Assembly: GCF_006345805.1 (NCBI RefSeq)
Contig: NC_042997.1
Span: forward strand, 42,904,001 to 42,968,000
Direction of reading: 5' to 3'
DNA: 64,000 nt
From: Octopus sinensis
Lineage: Eukaryota
Shown here piece by piece: positions 51,277 through 63,790 of this stretch. The stretch's first letter is position 1. The number at the start of each line of letters is the position of its first letter. The position numbers and the translations under genes were made by a program. The notes under the pieces are model-generated. The model saw only the letters and a list, made by a program, of their open reading frames with translations, was not told where the DNA came from and did not search any database.

Positions 51277-51672
51277 TTCTGTGCCGGTGGCACATAAAAG
51301 GCACCCTCCGAACGTGACCGTGCCAACCCCGCCTCGAATGGTTTCTGTGCCGGTAGCACATAAAAAGCACATCCGAACGTGACCGCTGCCAGCACAGCCT
51401 TGACTGGCTTCTGTGCCGGTAGCACAAAAAAAAAAAGCACCAACTGATCGTGGCCGATGCCAGACCCCTCTGGCACCTGTGCAGGTGGCACGTAAAAAGC
51501 ACCCACTACACTCGCGGAGTGGTTGGCGTTAGGAAGGTCATCCAGCTGTAGAACACTGCCAGATCAGACTGAGCCTGGGGCACCCCCTGGCTCCCCGATA
51601 CCCTGGTCGAACCGTCCAACCCTTGCTAGCGCGGAAAACGGACGTTAAAAAATGATGATGATGATGATGATA
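51277..51672 (+). mobile_element. SINE family B with four 5' units
   Basis: Unit repeats plus RTE-type tail and (GAT)n. Confidence 0.88.
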
Positions 51673-51787
51673 TATACATACATACATATATATATATATA
51701 ATATATATATATAACATACTTACATACATATATATATATTTATATATATATATCTATATATATATATTATAATACATACTTACATAC

Positions 51788-51838
<51 letters not shown>

Positions 51839-52953
51839 CATACTTACATACATACATATATATATATATATAATACTAGCAGAGATACGTGGCGTTGCTT
51901 GGGATTAAAACGTTATAGTTTTTATTGCTTTACTTGTTTCGGTCATGTGACTGTGGCCATATAGGTGCACTGCCTTTCGTCGAAGAAATCGACCCCAGGA
52001 TTTATTCTTTTTAAGCCTAGTACTTATTGTATCGGTTTGTTTTGCCAAACGGCTAAGTTACAGGGTCGTAAACACAGCAACATTGGTTGTCAAATGATGA
52101 TGGGGGTACAAACACAGACACTCACATACATACACACACACATATACACACACATATATATATATACATACAATGCATATATATATATATATACATACAT
52201 GTATATATAGATATAGATATATATACACTGCGTATATATACATATATATATATATTATATATATATATATATATATAATATATATAATATATATATATAT
52301 ATATATTACATATATAAATATATATATACATACATATATATACATATATTATACATGTATATATATCTATGCATGTTTATATATACATGTGTGTATATAT
52401 ATATATACACGTATTTATTATTATTATTTAATTGAATGCCAAGCATCCGTACCCTTCCGCAAAAAAATCTCAAATTTGCTTTTGCGGGAAGGATTGTTTC
52501 AAGAAGTTGTGTCTCGCCTTTACCTTCGAAACACGGAGTAGATGAAACTGAGGCGGCTGAAGAAGGGGAATATTCCTTGTGTTGTATGTCTTGTATTCTA
52601 TTTTTTCGTTGTTTAAGAAAATTGTCCATTTCCTTAGTTTTATTTTTATGTTTTCGTTTCTCATTGTGTTCGACGTTTTTTGGTGTCCTGTACCCATATA
52701 TGCATGTATATATACATATAGATGTAGGTACGTAAATATATGTATGTATATATGCATGTTTTATTTATTATTTTGTTATATATATAAATATATATATATA
52801 CATGCTTATATTATACACATATATAATGTATATATATACATATATATATGCACAATATATATATATTTGTATACATACAGACATATATATATGTATATAT
52901 ACACACACACACATATATATATGTATAAATACATATATATATACATAATATAT

Positions 52954-53004
<51 letters not shown>

Positions 53005-53028
53005 TATATATGTCACATACACACACGC

Positions 53029-53109
<81 letters not shown>

Positions 53110-53110
<1 letters not shown>

Positions 53111-53402
53111 AATCTGTAAAATTTATTTTACATTACAGAAAATGTTCATATTCTGTAATGCCAAATTTAGGAGCCATAATAGCCGCAATAAATAGGAGAA
53201 AAATTAATCGTGTTACCGATAAACATAATACTCTAGCTAATAATAATACCTTGTGCACAGGATTGGATGGAAACAGAAGTAAACGTGTGGCTAAGGATAA
53301 CAACAATAACAATAACAATAAAAATATAATTTTGAAAACAACTACCAAACCTAAGTCTAATCAAATTATTAATAATGACGACAAAAATAAAAGCATCAAT
53401 AG

Positions 53403-53458
<56 letters not shown>

Positions 53459-54060
53459 TTGATACGAATAAGAAAAAGAAAAAAATTAAGACCCAGACTA
53501 GCATAACATCCAATAAACTATGTAATTGTAGGGTCCTAGACACCTGTCCACTTGCAGGCTCATGTCGCCGCTATAACGTTGTCTATAAATCCGTGATTTC
53601 TGTATCTAATGGCCAGAAGAAGGTATATATTGGATGCACAACTGACTTCAGATGGAGATAGAGAGGCCATATGAATTCTTTCGCAAACCCTAAATGCAAG
53701 ACATCCACCACCTTAGCGTCCTTTGTGAATAAACTTAGAAATAAAAATTTAATCTATGAACTATCATGGTTCATAAGTGCCAGCGCTCTCCCATTTGGAA
53801 ATGCATCAGATAGATGTAAATTGTATATTAGGGAATCGTATCTAAGTCTGAAATTATTTAATGCTAATATGCTGAACAAACTTTCAGATGTGATTCCTTC
53901 ATGTACCCGTAAGTTCTATTCTACATTTCTAAGGACACATAGAACTAGACCTGCTAACTAAATCTATTAAGACTTATCTTATTAATACGTGACCGTCTTA
54001 GCCCTGAATCTTAGATCCTTCCATTCTAGCCAGTATATTAGCACTTACATATGAACTGAG
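53110..54060 (+). mobile_element. Penelope-like element 3' fragment: GIY-YIG endonuclease ORF (one in-frame TAG) plus 3' region
   Basis: SYSVMPNLGAII...CNCRVLDTCPLAGSC..NVVY...VYIGCTTDFRWR*RGHMNSF...STTLASFV...W...RCKL matches the Neptune-type PLE endonuclease; no RT domain upstream, only (TA)n. Confidence 0.85.
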
Positions 54061-54087
54061 TAAACTTATATATACATACATACATAC

Positions 54088-54128
<41 letters not shown>

Positions 54129-54226
54129 TCAGCAAAAATTTAGATTCAAATGAATATGGTATTCAATTTAGATGCCCCAGAATTCTGTAATTGTGTTATC
54201 CATAAAAATCCGTGGGGTGATTATAA

Positions 54227-54278
54227 TCAAAATAAGCAACAAGAATGACTCCGGAGTCATTCTTGTTGCTTATTTTGA
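54227..54278. repeat. Perfect 52-bp spacer-less palindrome
   Basis: TCAAAATAAGCAACAAGAATGACTCC|GGAGTCATTCTTGTTGCTTATTTTGA. Confidence 0.97.
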
Positions 54279-54294
54279 GTACATATATATATGG

Positions 54295-57200
54295 AAAAAA
54301 ACATCCGAGCTATCACCCACCACCATCCACCACTATTACCCCACTGTACATACCATTAAAAAGCAATCAAATAAACAAATCACCAAAACAATTAAAACCA
54401 TCCACTCTCGCCTCAACATTTCTGCTTAATGCCCAAGGCATCAGCCCTTCCACCAATACACAAAAATGGAAGATAAGATTCCTGGAGGACTGGGTCGAGG
54501 CCCATCCAAACCACATCCCTTTCTTCGTCCTCACTGAAACCCATCTTAGTGACCTCCACTTGGAAGCCGAGGTGAAAGTTAAAAATTTCAAAACCATTCC
54601 TGCTGATCGTGCTGGCAGAAGAAAGGTGGGACTGCCATTTATGTCCATGATTCATTCTCAACAGAAGCCATGAACATATTTTCCAATGGATACTGCGAAG
54701 CAGTTGCTGTATTCAGTCAAACCAACAACTTAACAGTAGTTGGGCTCTACAGACCACCCCAAACGCCCCTACCATGCTTCAAGGAATGCCTCAACAGCAT
54801 AAAGTGTTTCATTCAGCAGTGTCAACCTGACAACATTTTAATGATGGGAGACTTCAACCTTCCCGGGGTTGACTGGTCTACAAACAGTCTGCCGCCAGGT
54901 TCTTCTCTCTCAACCCCTGACAGGGAGGCAGTGGAATCGCTTCTTGACTTCATGGATGACTTCTTCTTGTCCCAACTGGTACTCGAACCACGAGATGTCA
55001 CAAAAACGTCTTAGACTTAATTTTCAGCAATCACACTGATACTATCCACAATGTTGCAGTGGAGAAAACCCTACTCTCCGACCATGACATGGTTCTCTGT
55101 GATCTGAGATTTCACTGGCCAAAATGCAAAACAAATGTCATCCCTCCTGTTCATCCATTTGACACTATGGATTTCCACAATGCAAACTGGGAAGCGATCA
55201 ATAATGATCTTGCACAAGTCGATTGGTCCTTCACGCACACATACACACCCACTAACATCAAAAAGTCCTGGCAGTCACTTGTAGACACCATCACGAACAT
55301 ATGCGCAAGACACACCCCATTAAGATCTGCAAACAAATCTAAGTGTCGAATCCCTAGAAATAGAAAATCTCTCATAAGGAAAATTAAAAGAATCAATAAA
55401 AAGATCAACATGCTGAAATACTGTCAACAGCAACACCCAACCTGACTGCCATCTCGTCGCTAGAGATTAAAAAACATAAACTCCAAAACAACATGATGTC
55501 TATCATCAATAGTCAGCGAAGAGCTGAAGAGGCCTGGGCCATTGAGAAGATCAAACTCAATCCCAAAGTGTTCTTTTCATTTGCAAAAAACACAGAGTCA
55601 CTGGTTCTACTGTTGGCCCTCTGATTGATGAAAATGGTACTCTTCAAGACAATGCCAAAACCATGGGAGAAAGATATTGCAGAAACAATATTGCTCTGTT
55701 TTCAGCAATCCTGATATGACTGATCTGGGCTGTATCAGTGATGTTACTCCCCAATACACTTTATCGGACATAACATTTGGCGCTCTCCTGATGTCTTAGC
55801 AGCAATAAAGGAAATGAAGCATAATTCAGCAGTAGGTCCCGATAGGTTCCCTGCTTGTGTCTTGAAGATGTGTCAAAACCAACTTGCACCCCCTCTAGCC
55901 AATCTGTGGCGGAACTCACTGGATGCTGGATATATACCAGAAGACCTTCTATCCCAGTCTGTTGTCCCAGTTTTCAAAAAAGGAAACAAATCGCTTGCCG
56001 TGAATTACCGTCCAATCTCACTCACCTCTCATATCATCAGGTATTTGAGAGGGTGCTGAGATCGCGTATGACTCACTTCCTTGAGAGTCATAATATGCTG
56101 AACCCCAACCAGCATGGATTCCGTAATGGGAGAGATTGCCTGACGCAGCTACTGCATCATTTTGATGACATTTTGAGAGCCTTGGGAGAAGGTTCCAACA
56201 CTGATGTCATCTACCTTGATTTCAGCAAGGCCTTTGACAGGGTTGATCATAAGATCCTTCTGAGAAAGCTGTTCAATATTGGTGTCACTGGAAAGCTGCT
56301 GCAATGGATCAAGTGCTTCCTGTCTAACAGAACCCAACATGTTGTAGTCGAAGGAGTCAAATCCAGCCCAGCCAAAGTCAGCAGTGGTGTCCCACAAGGC
56401 ACTGTGTTGGGCCCACTTCTCTTCATCATCTACATAAATGATATTACTGACACCATCAAACACAGTAACATCAGAACCTTCGCTGATGATTCCAAGCTCC
56501 AGAAGGTCATCAATGGCGTGGATGACCGAATAAACCTTCAGTCAGACCTACTGGCTGTTGTCCAATGGGCGGAAAAAAATAACATGTTGCTAAATGAAGA
56601 CAAATTCGAACTGATCCACTTTGGAAGGGAGGACGCTCTGAAACTCCCATACTCTCTTCCTTCTGGAGAAATTCTCATGGCATCCAACAACATCAGAGAC
56701 CTGGAGTAACAGTGGACAACAACATAAGCTGGGCTACACATATAAGCAGCAAAGTTGACATGGCCCGCAGAATGTGTTCCTGGATTCTCAGAACCTTCCA
56801 GTCGAGAGATTCCCATGCTATTATCCTTCTCTTCTCCACTTTTGCCCGACCCCACCTTGAATACTGCTGTCCACTGTGGTCTCCCTACACAAAACAAAAT
56901 ATTATGAGAATTGAAGCTCCCCAAGGTCAATCACAAAAAAGATAGATGGCATGTCAGACCTTGACTACTGGGGTAGACTAGAGAAGCTGAAATTGTATTC
57001 ACTCCAACGATGCCGTGAACGCTACATTATCTGTATGATGTGGAAAATATTCCATCAGCACTGTCCGAATGATGTTGGCATCACCTTCAAAATGCATCCA
57101 AGGCTTGGACCACGTGCCATCCGTCCACAACAAAAATCTAATCGCATCACATAACGACAATACGGCACAACTATTTCACCTCAATTGGACCCGCTCTCTT

Positions 57201-57450
57201 CAACATTACACCAGGACACGTCAAAAAGAAACTGACCACACAAAATTCAAGAAGTCTTTGGACAAATTCCTTCAAACAGTACCGACAAACCACCCACACC
57301 CGGATATGTCTCCGCAAACAATAACTCTCTGCTCGAATGGGCCTTGGTGCCCAAATCCTGAACTGAAAGACTTCGCCAGGTGGTGCTATTAAGTTAGACA
57401 TGGCCTGGGCCAATACTGGCCAAAAACCTTTCTAAGTTATTCTAAGTTAT
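54295..57450 (+). mobile_element. Near full-ORF2 CR1/L2-type LINE (APE endonuclease + RT), single-base frameshifts
   Basis: LLNAQG...VLTETHL...LYRPP...MGDFNLP...SDH; RT motifs QHGFR, YLDFSKAFDRV, GVPQGTVLGP, FADDSKL; 3' tail (TTCTAAGTTA)2. Confidence 0.95.
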
Positions 57451-57478
57451 ATATATATAGATGATGATATATATATAT

Positions 57479-57515
<37 letters not shown>

Positions 57516-57520
57516 CTATC

Positions 57521-57564
<44 letters not shown>

Positions 57565-57567
<3 letters not shown>

Positions 57568-57755
57568 GGTCCCGGTTGAGTCGGGGTTAACCACAGTAAA
57601 TAAGGTACTCAATACATAGCAGAGTAAATTAATTTATTTTATAGAAGGAGCTTCTACAGGACTAGAACTGTTTCATTCAAAAGAAATCATCAGTCCTGAT
57701 GATTTCTTTTGAATGAACAGTTCTAGTCCCGTAGAAGCTCCTTCTATAAATAAAT
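57565..57755 (-). mobile_element. Penelope-like terminus with ~60-bp fold-back palindrome centred on a hammerhead-like core
   Basis: Arms 57632-57693 and 57696-57755 (3 differences); minus strand reads CTGATGA-TTTCTTTTGAAT-GAAA-CAGTTCTAG-TC; (TA)n on both sides. Confidence 0.65.
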
Positions 57756-57758
57756 ATA

Positions 57759-57790
<32 letters not shown>

Positions 57791-57800
57791 TTAATATATA

Positions 57801-57848
<48 letters not shown>

Positions 57849-58127
57849 GTTCTATTTAACATTTCTAAACATATAGAATTAGATCCGTTAACTAAATTTA
57901 TGAAAACTTATCTCATTAATATTTGAAAATTTGACTAGGAACTTTGAATCCTTCCATTCTTGCCAGTAAACTATCATTTGCATATGAGCTTTGAAAATCT
58001 ATAAAAAAAAGTTCTTTAATCTATCAAATTATACCATGTAGGATTTCATCACGAAGGAAACACCATTTATATATTTATTATACCATTGAAACGGCCATAA
58101 ATGATATCCACTACCCGAATCTGTATA

Positions 58128-58545
58128 TACTCTTTTACTCTTTTATTTGTTTCAGTCATTTGACTGCGGCCATGCTGGAGCACCGCCTTTAGTCGAGCAA
58201 CTCGACCCCGGGAATTATTCTTTTTGTAAGCCCAGTACTTATTCTATCGGTCTCTTTTTGCCGAACCGCTAAGTGACGGGGACGTAAACACACCAGCATC
58301 GGTTGTCAAGCAATGCTAGGGGGACAAACACAGACACACAAACACATACACATACATATATATATATATATACATATATACGACAGGCTTCTTTCAGTTT
58401 CCGTCTACCAAATCCACTCACAAGGCATTGGTCGGCCCGAGGCTATAGCAGAAGACACTTGTCCAAGATGCCACGCAGTGGGACTGAACCCGGAACCATG
58501 TGGTTGGTTAGCAAGCTACTTACCACACAGCCACTCCTGCGCCTA
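58128..58545 (-). mobile_element. SINE family A (young)
   Basis: Reverse-complement homology to 19702-20097. Confidence 0.92.
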
Positions 58546-58948
58546 TAAAATATACCTATTTTATCTACCTATTTATCTACCCCTGCATTAAAAAATGTTT
58601 TAACTCTCATCCGACATTTCGTATAAACACCAAATTATTAATTGATGATTCGGATAGTTCCTTTTCGAAGCCCTTACTTCGAATTTTTATCTCTTTATTT
58701 GTCACTCCTCAATTCGGTACCTGAACCCAAAGTACATGATGCATAGTTTTCACATATGACATGTAATTTGGTTCACTGATTTATAATTTTATATGTATAT
58801 TTATTTGGTTGTATGTTTAAAATTATGCTGGGAATTTCTATTTGATTGCTTGGATTTGTTCCTTCTAAAATTTCCCTTATGCGTATACATCAATACATAT
58901 ACATCTATACACATGCATCTATATATATATATATATATATACATATAT

Positions 58949-59019
<71 letters not shown>

Positions 59020-59025
59020 TACATT

Positions 59026-59068
<43 letters not shown>

Positions 59069-59070
59069 AT

Positions 59071-59105
<35 letters not shown>

Positions 59106-59149
59106 GGTGGGGAAGCAAAATTTACAATGAACGCTAAGTTGTTTTTTCT

Positions 59150-59938
59150 CAGGAGACACTTAGTCAATTATTTTGAAACCTAGCATATATTGATGTCATA
59201 CTCATACCTAACATTATTATCCTTACCTTTTCAGAAACTTTTACCCATATGAGTAATCAGGAAAGCAAAAGTCAAAGAGTGTGTGATTTCCTGAATGCAC
59301 TCGTCACACCAAAGGAGATTTCAAGGATAGTTGGAGTGTCCATAAAGACTATTTATAATGTAATGAATAGAATGACTATGAGCAAAACTATTACGAGGAA
59401 GTCTGGAAGTTGAGGAATCAACAAAAAATATACCAAAGCTTTTATTAAAGCTCTTAAATCCAAAATCCTAAAGGATCCAACCAAATCCATGGGAAAAATG
59501 GCAATTGAACTTGAGGTAGACAACACAACCATTAGAAATGCAGTAAAATATGATTTGAGGTTAAAATCTTACACAAGAACACCAAAACACTTGTTGACAA
59601 CAGCTATGAAGGAAAAAAGATTGGTGCAAGAAAATTATTACATGGTTCAAGAAAAAGTCCTCCATTGTAACAATCTTTTCAGATGAAAAGATCTTTACTG
59701 CCAATGCTGTTCTGAACAGCAGAAATGACAGATTTATCGCAAAATCAACAGCTGAGGTTAAGGGGACATTCAAAACAAAAAATCCTGCTTAAGTTATGGC
59801 TTTTGGTGTTGTGGCTTCCGATGGAAAGAAAATGCCTATAAAATTCTACAAAGCTGATGAAAAGATCAATGTTAATACTTACTACAAGACTCTGAGATAA
59901 CAGGTATTGCCATGGCTTAAAGCAAACTACCCAGATGC
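59150..59938 (+). mobile_element. 3'-truncated Tc1/mariner transposon (maT/DD37D-like)
   Basis: Decayed ORF from ATG 59249: HTH region, then FSDEKIFT, VMAFGVVASDG and YYKTLR*QVLPWLKANYP. Confidence 0.8.
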
Positions 59939-59939
59939 T

Positions 59940-60300
59940 TAAGGTTTACTATAGATTTAAAGATAAAGAATGCTAGAATAGAGGGAAGCTTAGAAACTCA
60001 GGACTCTCCTAAGAAGCTGGAACGTAGACGGCTTTTAGTGTGAAGGTATGACCTTCCCTACTGATCACGTCTCGTACCACCAACCTATTTTCTGAATCAA
60101 AGAAAATGGTGGTGTATCACCCTTCTGAAATAATAAAGCCATTTCACATTCCAGTCCCGGTCGACTTGTAGATGTGTACTCCTTGTAGTTACTGAAAATG
60201 GCAAAGACACTTAAGTGGTTTTTACTACCATGTATATAACAACCAGGTCTTTTGTCTTCCACCATTAGTCTCTTGCACCTTCAGCTGAGCACAGCTGTGA
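59940..60300 (-). mobile_element. Possible decayed L1/Tx1-like LINE endonuclease fragment
   Basis: ENRLVVRDV...FTLKAVYVP resembles the GRLV..D....F.L.AVYAP motif; short and stop-ridden. Confidence 0.35.
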
Positions 60301-61374
60301 ATATTTTTAGAGATATCTGGACTTGCAAATCCATCCCACCTCTCTTCTTCACATCGATATGTGATATAAAGATAACGTCTAGTTGTCACCGAGGTTCTAA
60401 GCTGTGTAACTGGGTAACAAGTGTATGGGCAGAGATTGTGCTTCGGTTGAGGCTACGGTCGTGAAAATACCGCAGATAGTCCTATAAGATGTACCCCTAT
60501 CAATCGAGAGAAATTTGCCGAAATATCTTGGAATGATTCTTCCAGTTGCTTGTCTGGAGGGCAAGTAGAAACCACCGCCACCTTTCTCAAAGCACAGATA
60601 TATTATTTTCTCTTCGTCCTCTCTTAGACTAGATCCTGAAGCAAAAAATATTATTTGGTTTTACATAATTCTCCAAGTGAATTTATTTTCTGTGGGCTTT
60701 GCCATTTCTATAAATTCAGTCTCTATAACGACAGGGGCAACTCTAGCTCCTTTAATTCTGCTACTATCTGTATTACCTTTTCTCACTAATGCATTCGTCT
60801 GCATGTGAGTCTTGTTATTGCTATCGTTCAAAATATTTGCTAAACTTATAAAAACAATTTTTTTTTATCAATTATTCAAATTTTCTTTTTGCGGTAAGCA
60901 TTTTTATGGGGAGTAATTTGTTTTTGTTTGTTTTGTGCACTGTTGTATTATTTTCATTTTTATTATTGCATTTACTGTGTAGATATTTCGAACGTCATTC
61001 GCTAAAGCAAATAAAATATGAAGTCTGTGAATATAAAATCTTTTTTTTTCTGTTTGTAGCAGATGTCCTCGGTACTTTTGGTTATCTCACCCCCATTAAA
61101 AAATTAGGTTATCTCCCCACTAAAAAAACCAAGTTAATGTGGCAACGAGATTGGATCCTTTCGATTCAAAACTTCAACACATTGTTGACGTTTGGCCCCC
61201 TCAATTGGCAGGGTATGATTTTTGATATGAAAATGTTATTAGATTCACTAAGATGTTTAATTTTCATTGCCAACACGAACGAGCGTAGAGACATTTTTGG
61301 ACTGTTCTAAAACATTATTTTTCCATTATTGGACTTGTTTGATTTTATTGATGTACAAATATTCTAATTAAGGA

Positions 61375-61760
61375 GGAAGCACTCTGTCGGTTACAACGAC
61401 GAGGGTTCCGGTTGATCCGAATCAATGGAACAGCCTGCTCGTGAAATTAACGTGTAAGTGGCTGAGCACTCCACAGACACGGGTACCCTTAACGTAGTTC
61501 TCGGGGGATACTCAGTGTGACACAGAGAGTGACAAGGCTGGCCCCTTGAAATACAGGTACAACAGAAACAGGAAGAAAGAGTGAGAGAAAGTTGTGGTGA
61601 AAGAGTACAGCAGGGATCACCACCATCCCCTGCCGGAGCTTTGTGGAGCTTTAGGTGTTTTCGCTCAATAAACACTCACAACGCCCGGTCTGGGAATTGA
61701 AACTGTGATCCTACGACCGCGAGTCAGCTGCCCTAACCACTGGGCCATTGCGCCTCCACG
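61375..61760 (-). mobile_element. SINE family C
   Basis: Reverse complement of the 23094 copy; probable TSD ATATTCTAAT. Confidence 0.9.
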
Positions 61761-62204
61761 GACATATTCTAATACTGATACTATCAATGATGTTCACTCC
61801 TGTCGATTTCGAACGATGAGTGTTTGAAGGAAAGGATTTTTTTTAAATGTTTAAAAATAAAAGGAGCTGCGTATATTTGCTATGGATGCGTGAATGTAAT
61901 TTTAGCTCAGGTATGAATTTTGCTATGAAGTCACAATGGAGACACTGGTGATTTTGATTTTGCCTGGGATTGTGCTTGTTGATTCCTTTATTGTTCTCTT
62001 TCTTCAACTCAAATTATTTGGAGGCATCATGACCCATTTTACACCATACAAATCCATCTACGTAATAACTTTCTCAAGATGTCAAACTGAGCTGTAGAGA
62101 TTTTAGTGATTGCTTCAACTTATCCTTATGACGGGTCTTCCTTTACTGTGGTATCCCTCTACTTGTTGGCATATTATTATTGTTATTATTATTATTATTA
62201 TTCT

Positions 62205-62417
62205 ACCAGCCTCGTCTGGCACCTGTGTCGGTGGCACATAAAAAGCACCCACTACACTCACAGAGTGGTTGGCGTTAGGAAGGGCATCCAGCTGTAGAAA
62301 CACTGCCAGATCTGACTGGCCTGGTGCAGCCTTCGGGCTCGCCAGACCCCAGTTGAACCGTCCAACCCATGCTAGCATGGAAAGCGGACATTAAACGATG
62401 ATGATGATGATGATGAT
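62205..62417 (+). mobile_element. SINE family B (one unit)
   Basis: RTE-type tail and (GAT)n. Confidence 0.85.
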
Positions 62418-63021
62418 TACTAATGTGTTTGTTTTGATATTGTAAAATGCCAACCTTGTTTGTGAAAAAATGTTTTGGCCTGGGTTTGGACTCTCTAAGT
62501 ATATTTTGTTCCCGCTTATCGCTTTTATTATTGATTATTGTTGTTTAGCGCCAAGTTGGCTCTGACAAAATAGACATGAGATCAAAAGCTTCCAGCCATG
62601 ACCAGTTCATCTCATTTTCGCACCATATTTTCATTCAGGACTATAGTACTCAATATATTCATCCAGGACTCTAATATTCTTTTTGAAGTTGATAAAAATG
62701 TTGGGGTGGGGTGGAATTTGGTTGCTATCTCTAGCAGAGCAAGTGACTACTGAGAGGCTTCTTCGTAGGTTTGAGATTATTTTTTGTTATTGCTTGTGTT
62801 ATTTATTGATTGATTATTTGATATGGATGACTGATTTATCGATTAATTGATGAATGGATTGATGATTATCCAAATTTACTGAAGAAGACAAACATTTTAA
62901 ATCTGTAAATGGAAAAATAGGGAGTGGAAAAGATAAGCGACTGAAATAATATATATTCCTGTTAGATCTATGTGATGTATGAGAAACAAGAATTCCGTCC
63001 CACCTTACCTACCAGGTCAAA

Positions 63022-63408
63022 GTGGAGGCGCAATGGCCCAGTGGTTAGGGCAGCGGACTCGCAGTCATAGGATCGCGGTTTCGATTCCTAGACCGGGCGT
63101 TGTGAGCGTTTATTGAGCGAAAACACCTAAAATTCCACGAGGCCCCCGGCGAGGATGGTGGTGATCCCTGCTGTACTCTTTCACCACAACTTTCTCTCAC
63201 TCTTACTTCCTGTTTCTGTTGTACCTGTATTTCAAAGGGCCAGCCTTGTCACTCTCTGTGTCACGCTGAATATCCCCAAGTACTACGTTAAGGGCACACG
63301 TGTCTGCGGAGTGCTCAGCCACTTACACATTAATTTCACGAGCAGGCTGTTCCATTGATTCGGATCAACCGGAACCCTCGTCGTCGTAACCGACGGAGTG
63401 CTTCCACT
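63022..63408 (+). mobile_element. SINE family C with 8-bp TSD
   Basis: TSD AGGTCAAA at 63014-63021 and 63409-63416. Confidence 0.92.
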
Positions 63409-63569
63409 AGGTCAAAGCAGCATTGCAGGATAATTTAGTTGTATTATGTGTGTCTACGACATGTCAATCTAATAGGGCCCATCCCTTTTACATTTTAATC
63501 ATTCATTTGGGATTCAACACTACAAACTAACGGAACATTTATCAATGATTATTTTATAAAATTCTAAAG

Positions 63570-63790
63570 GCCGCAAGATGGCAGTATCGTTAGCACGCTG
63601 AGCAAAATGCTTAGCGGCATTCCTTCCATCTTTACGTTCTGAGTTCAAATGTCATCGAGGTCGACTTTGCTTTTCACCCTTTGGGGTTCGATAAAATAAG
63701 TACCAGTTGAGCACTCAAGTCGATTTAATAGACCTATCCTCTATCCCGAAATTGATAGCCTTGTGGCAAAAACTGAAATCATTGTTATAT
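63570..63790 (+). mobile_element. SINE family D
   Basis: Homology to 21590-21813. Confidence 0.75.

Noticed and set aside
52500-52580. Possible hammerhead in the repeat at 52430-52700 (CGAAACACGGAGTA; CTGAAGA downstream)
   Set aside because: The core boxes are in the wrong order or mutated at two positions, and no consistent stem I can be built.
1282-59159. Dozens of long ORFs rich in YI, HT, SL, CV or IYLS repeats (for example 1282-1629, 43211-44005, 44200-44671, and the N-terminal half of 52579-53661)
   Set aside because: They are translations of (TA)n, (CA)n, (CT)n and (GATA)n microsatellites that lack stop codons by construction.
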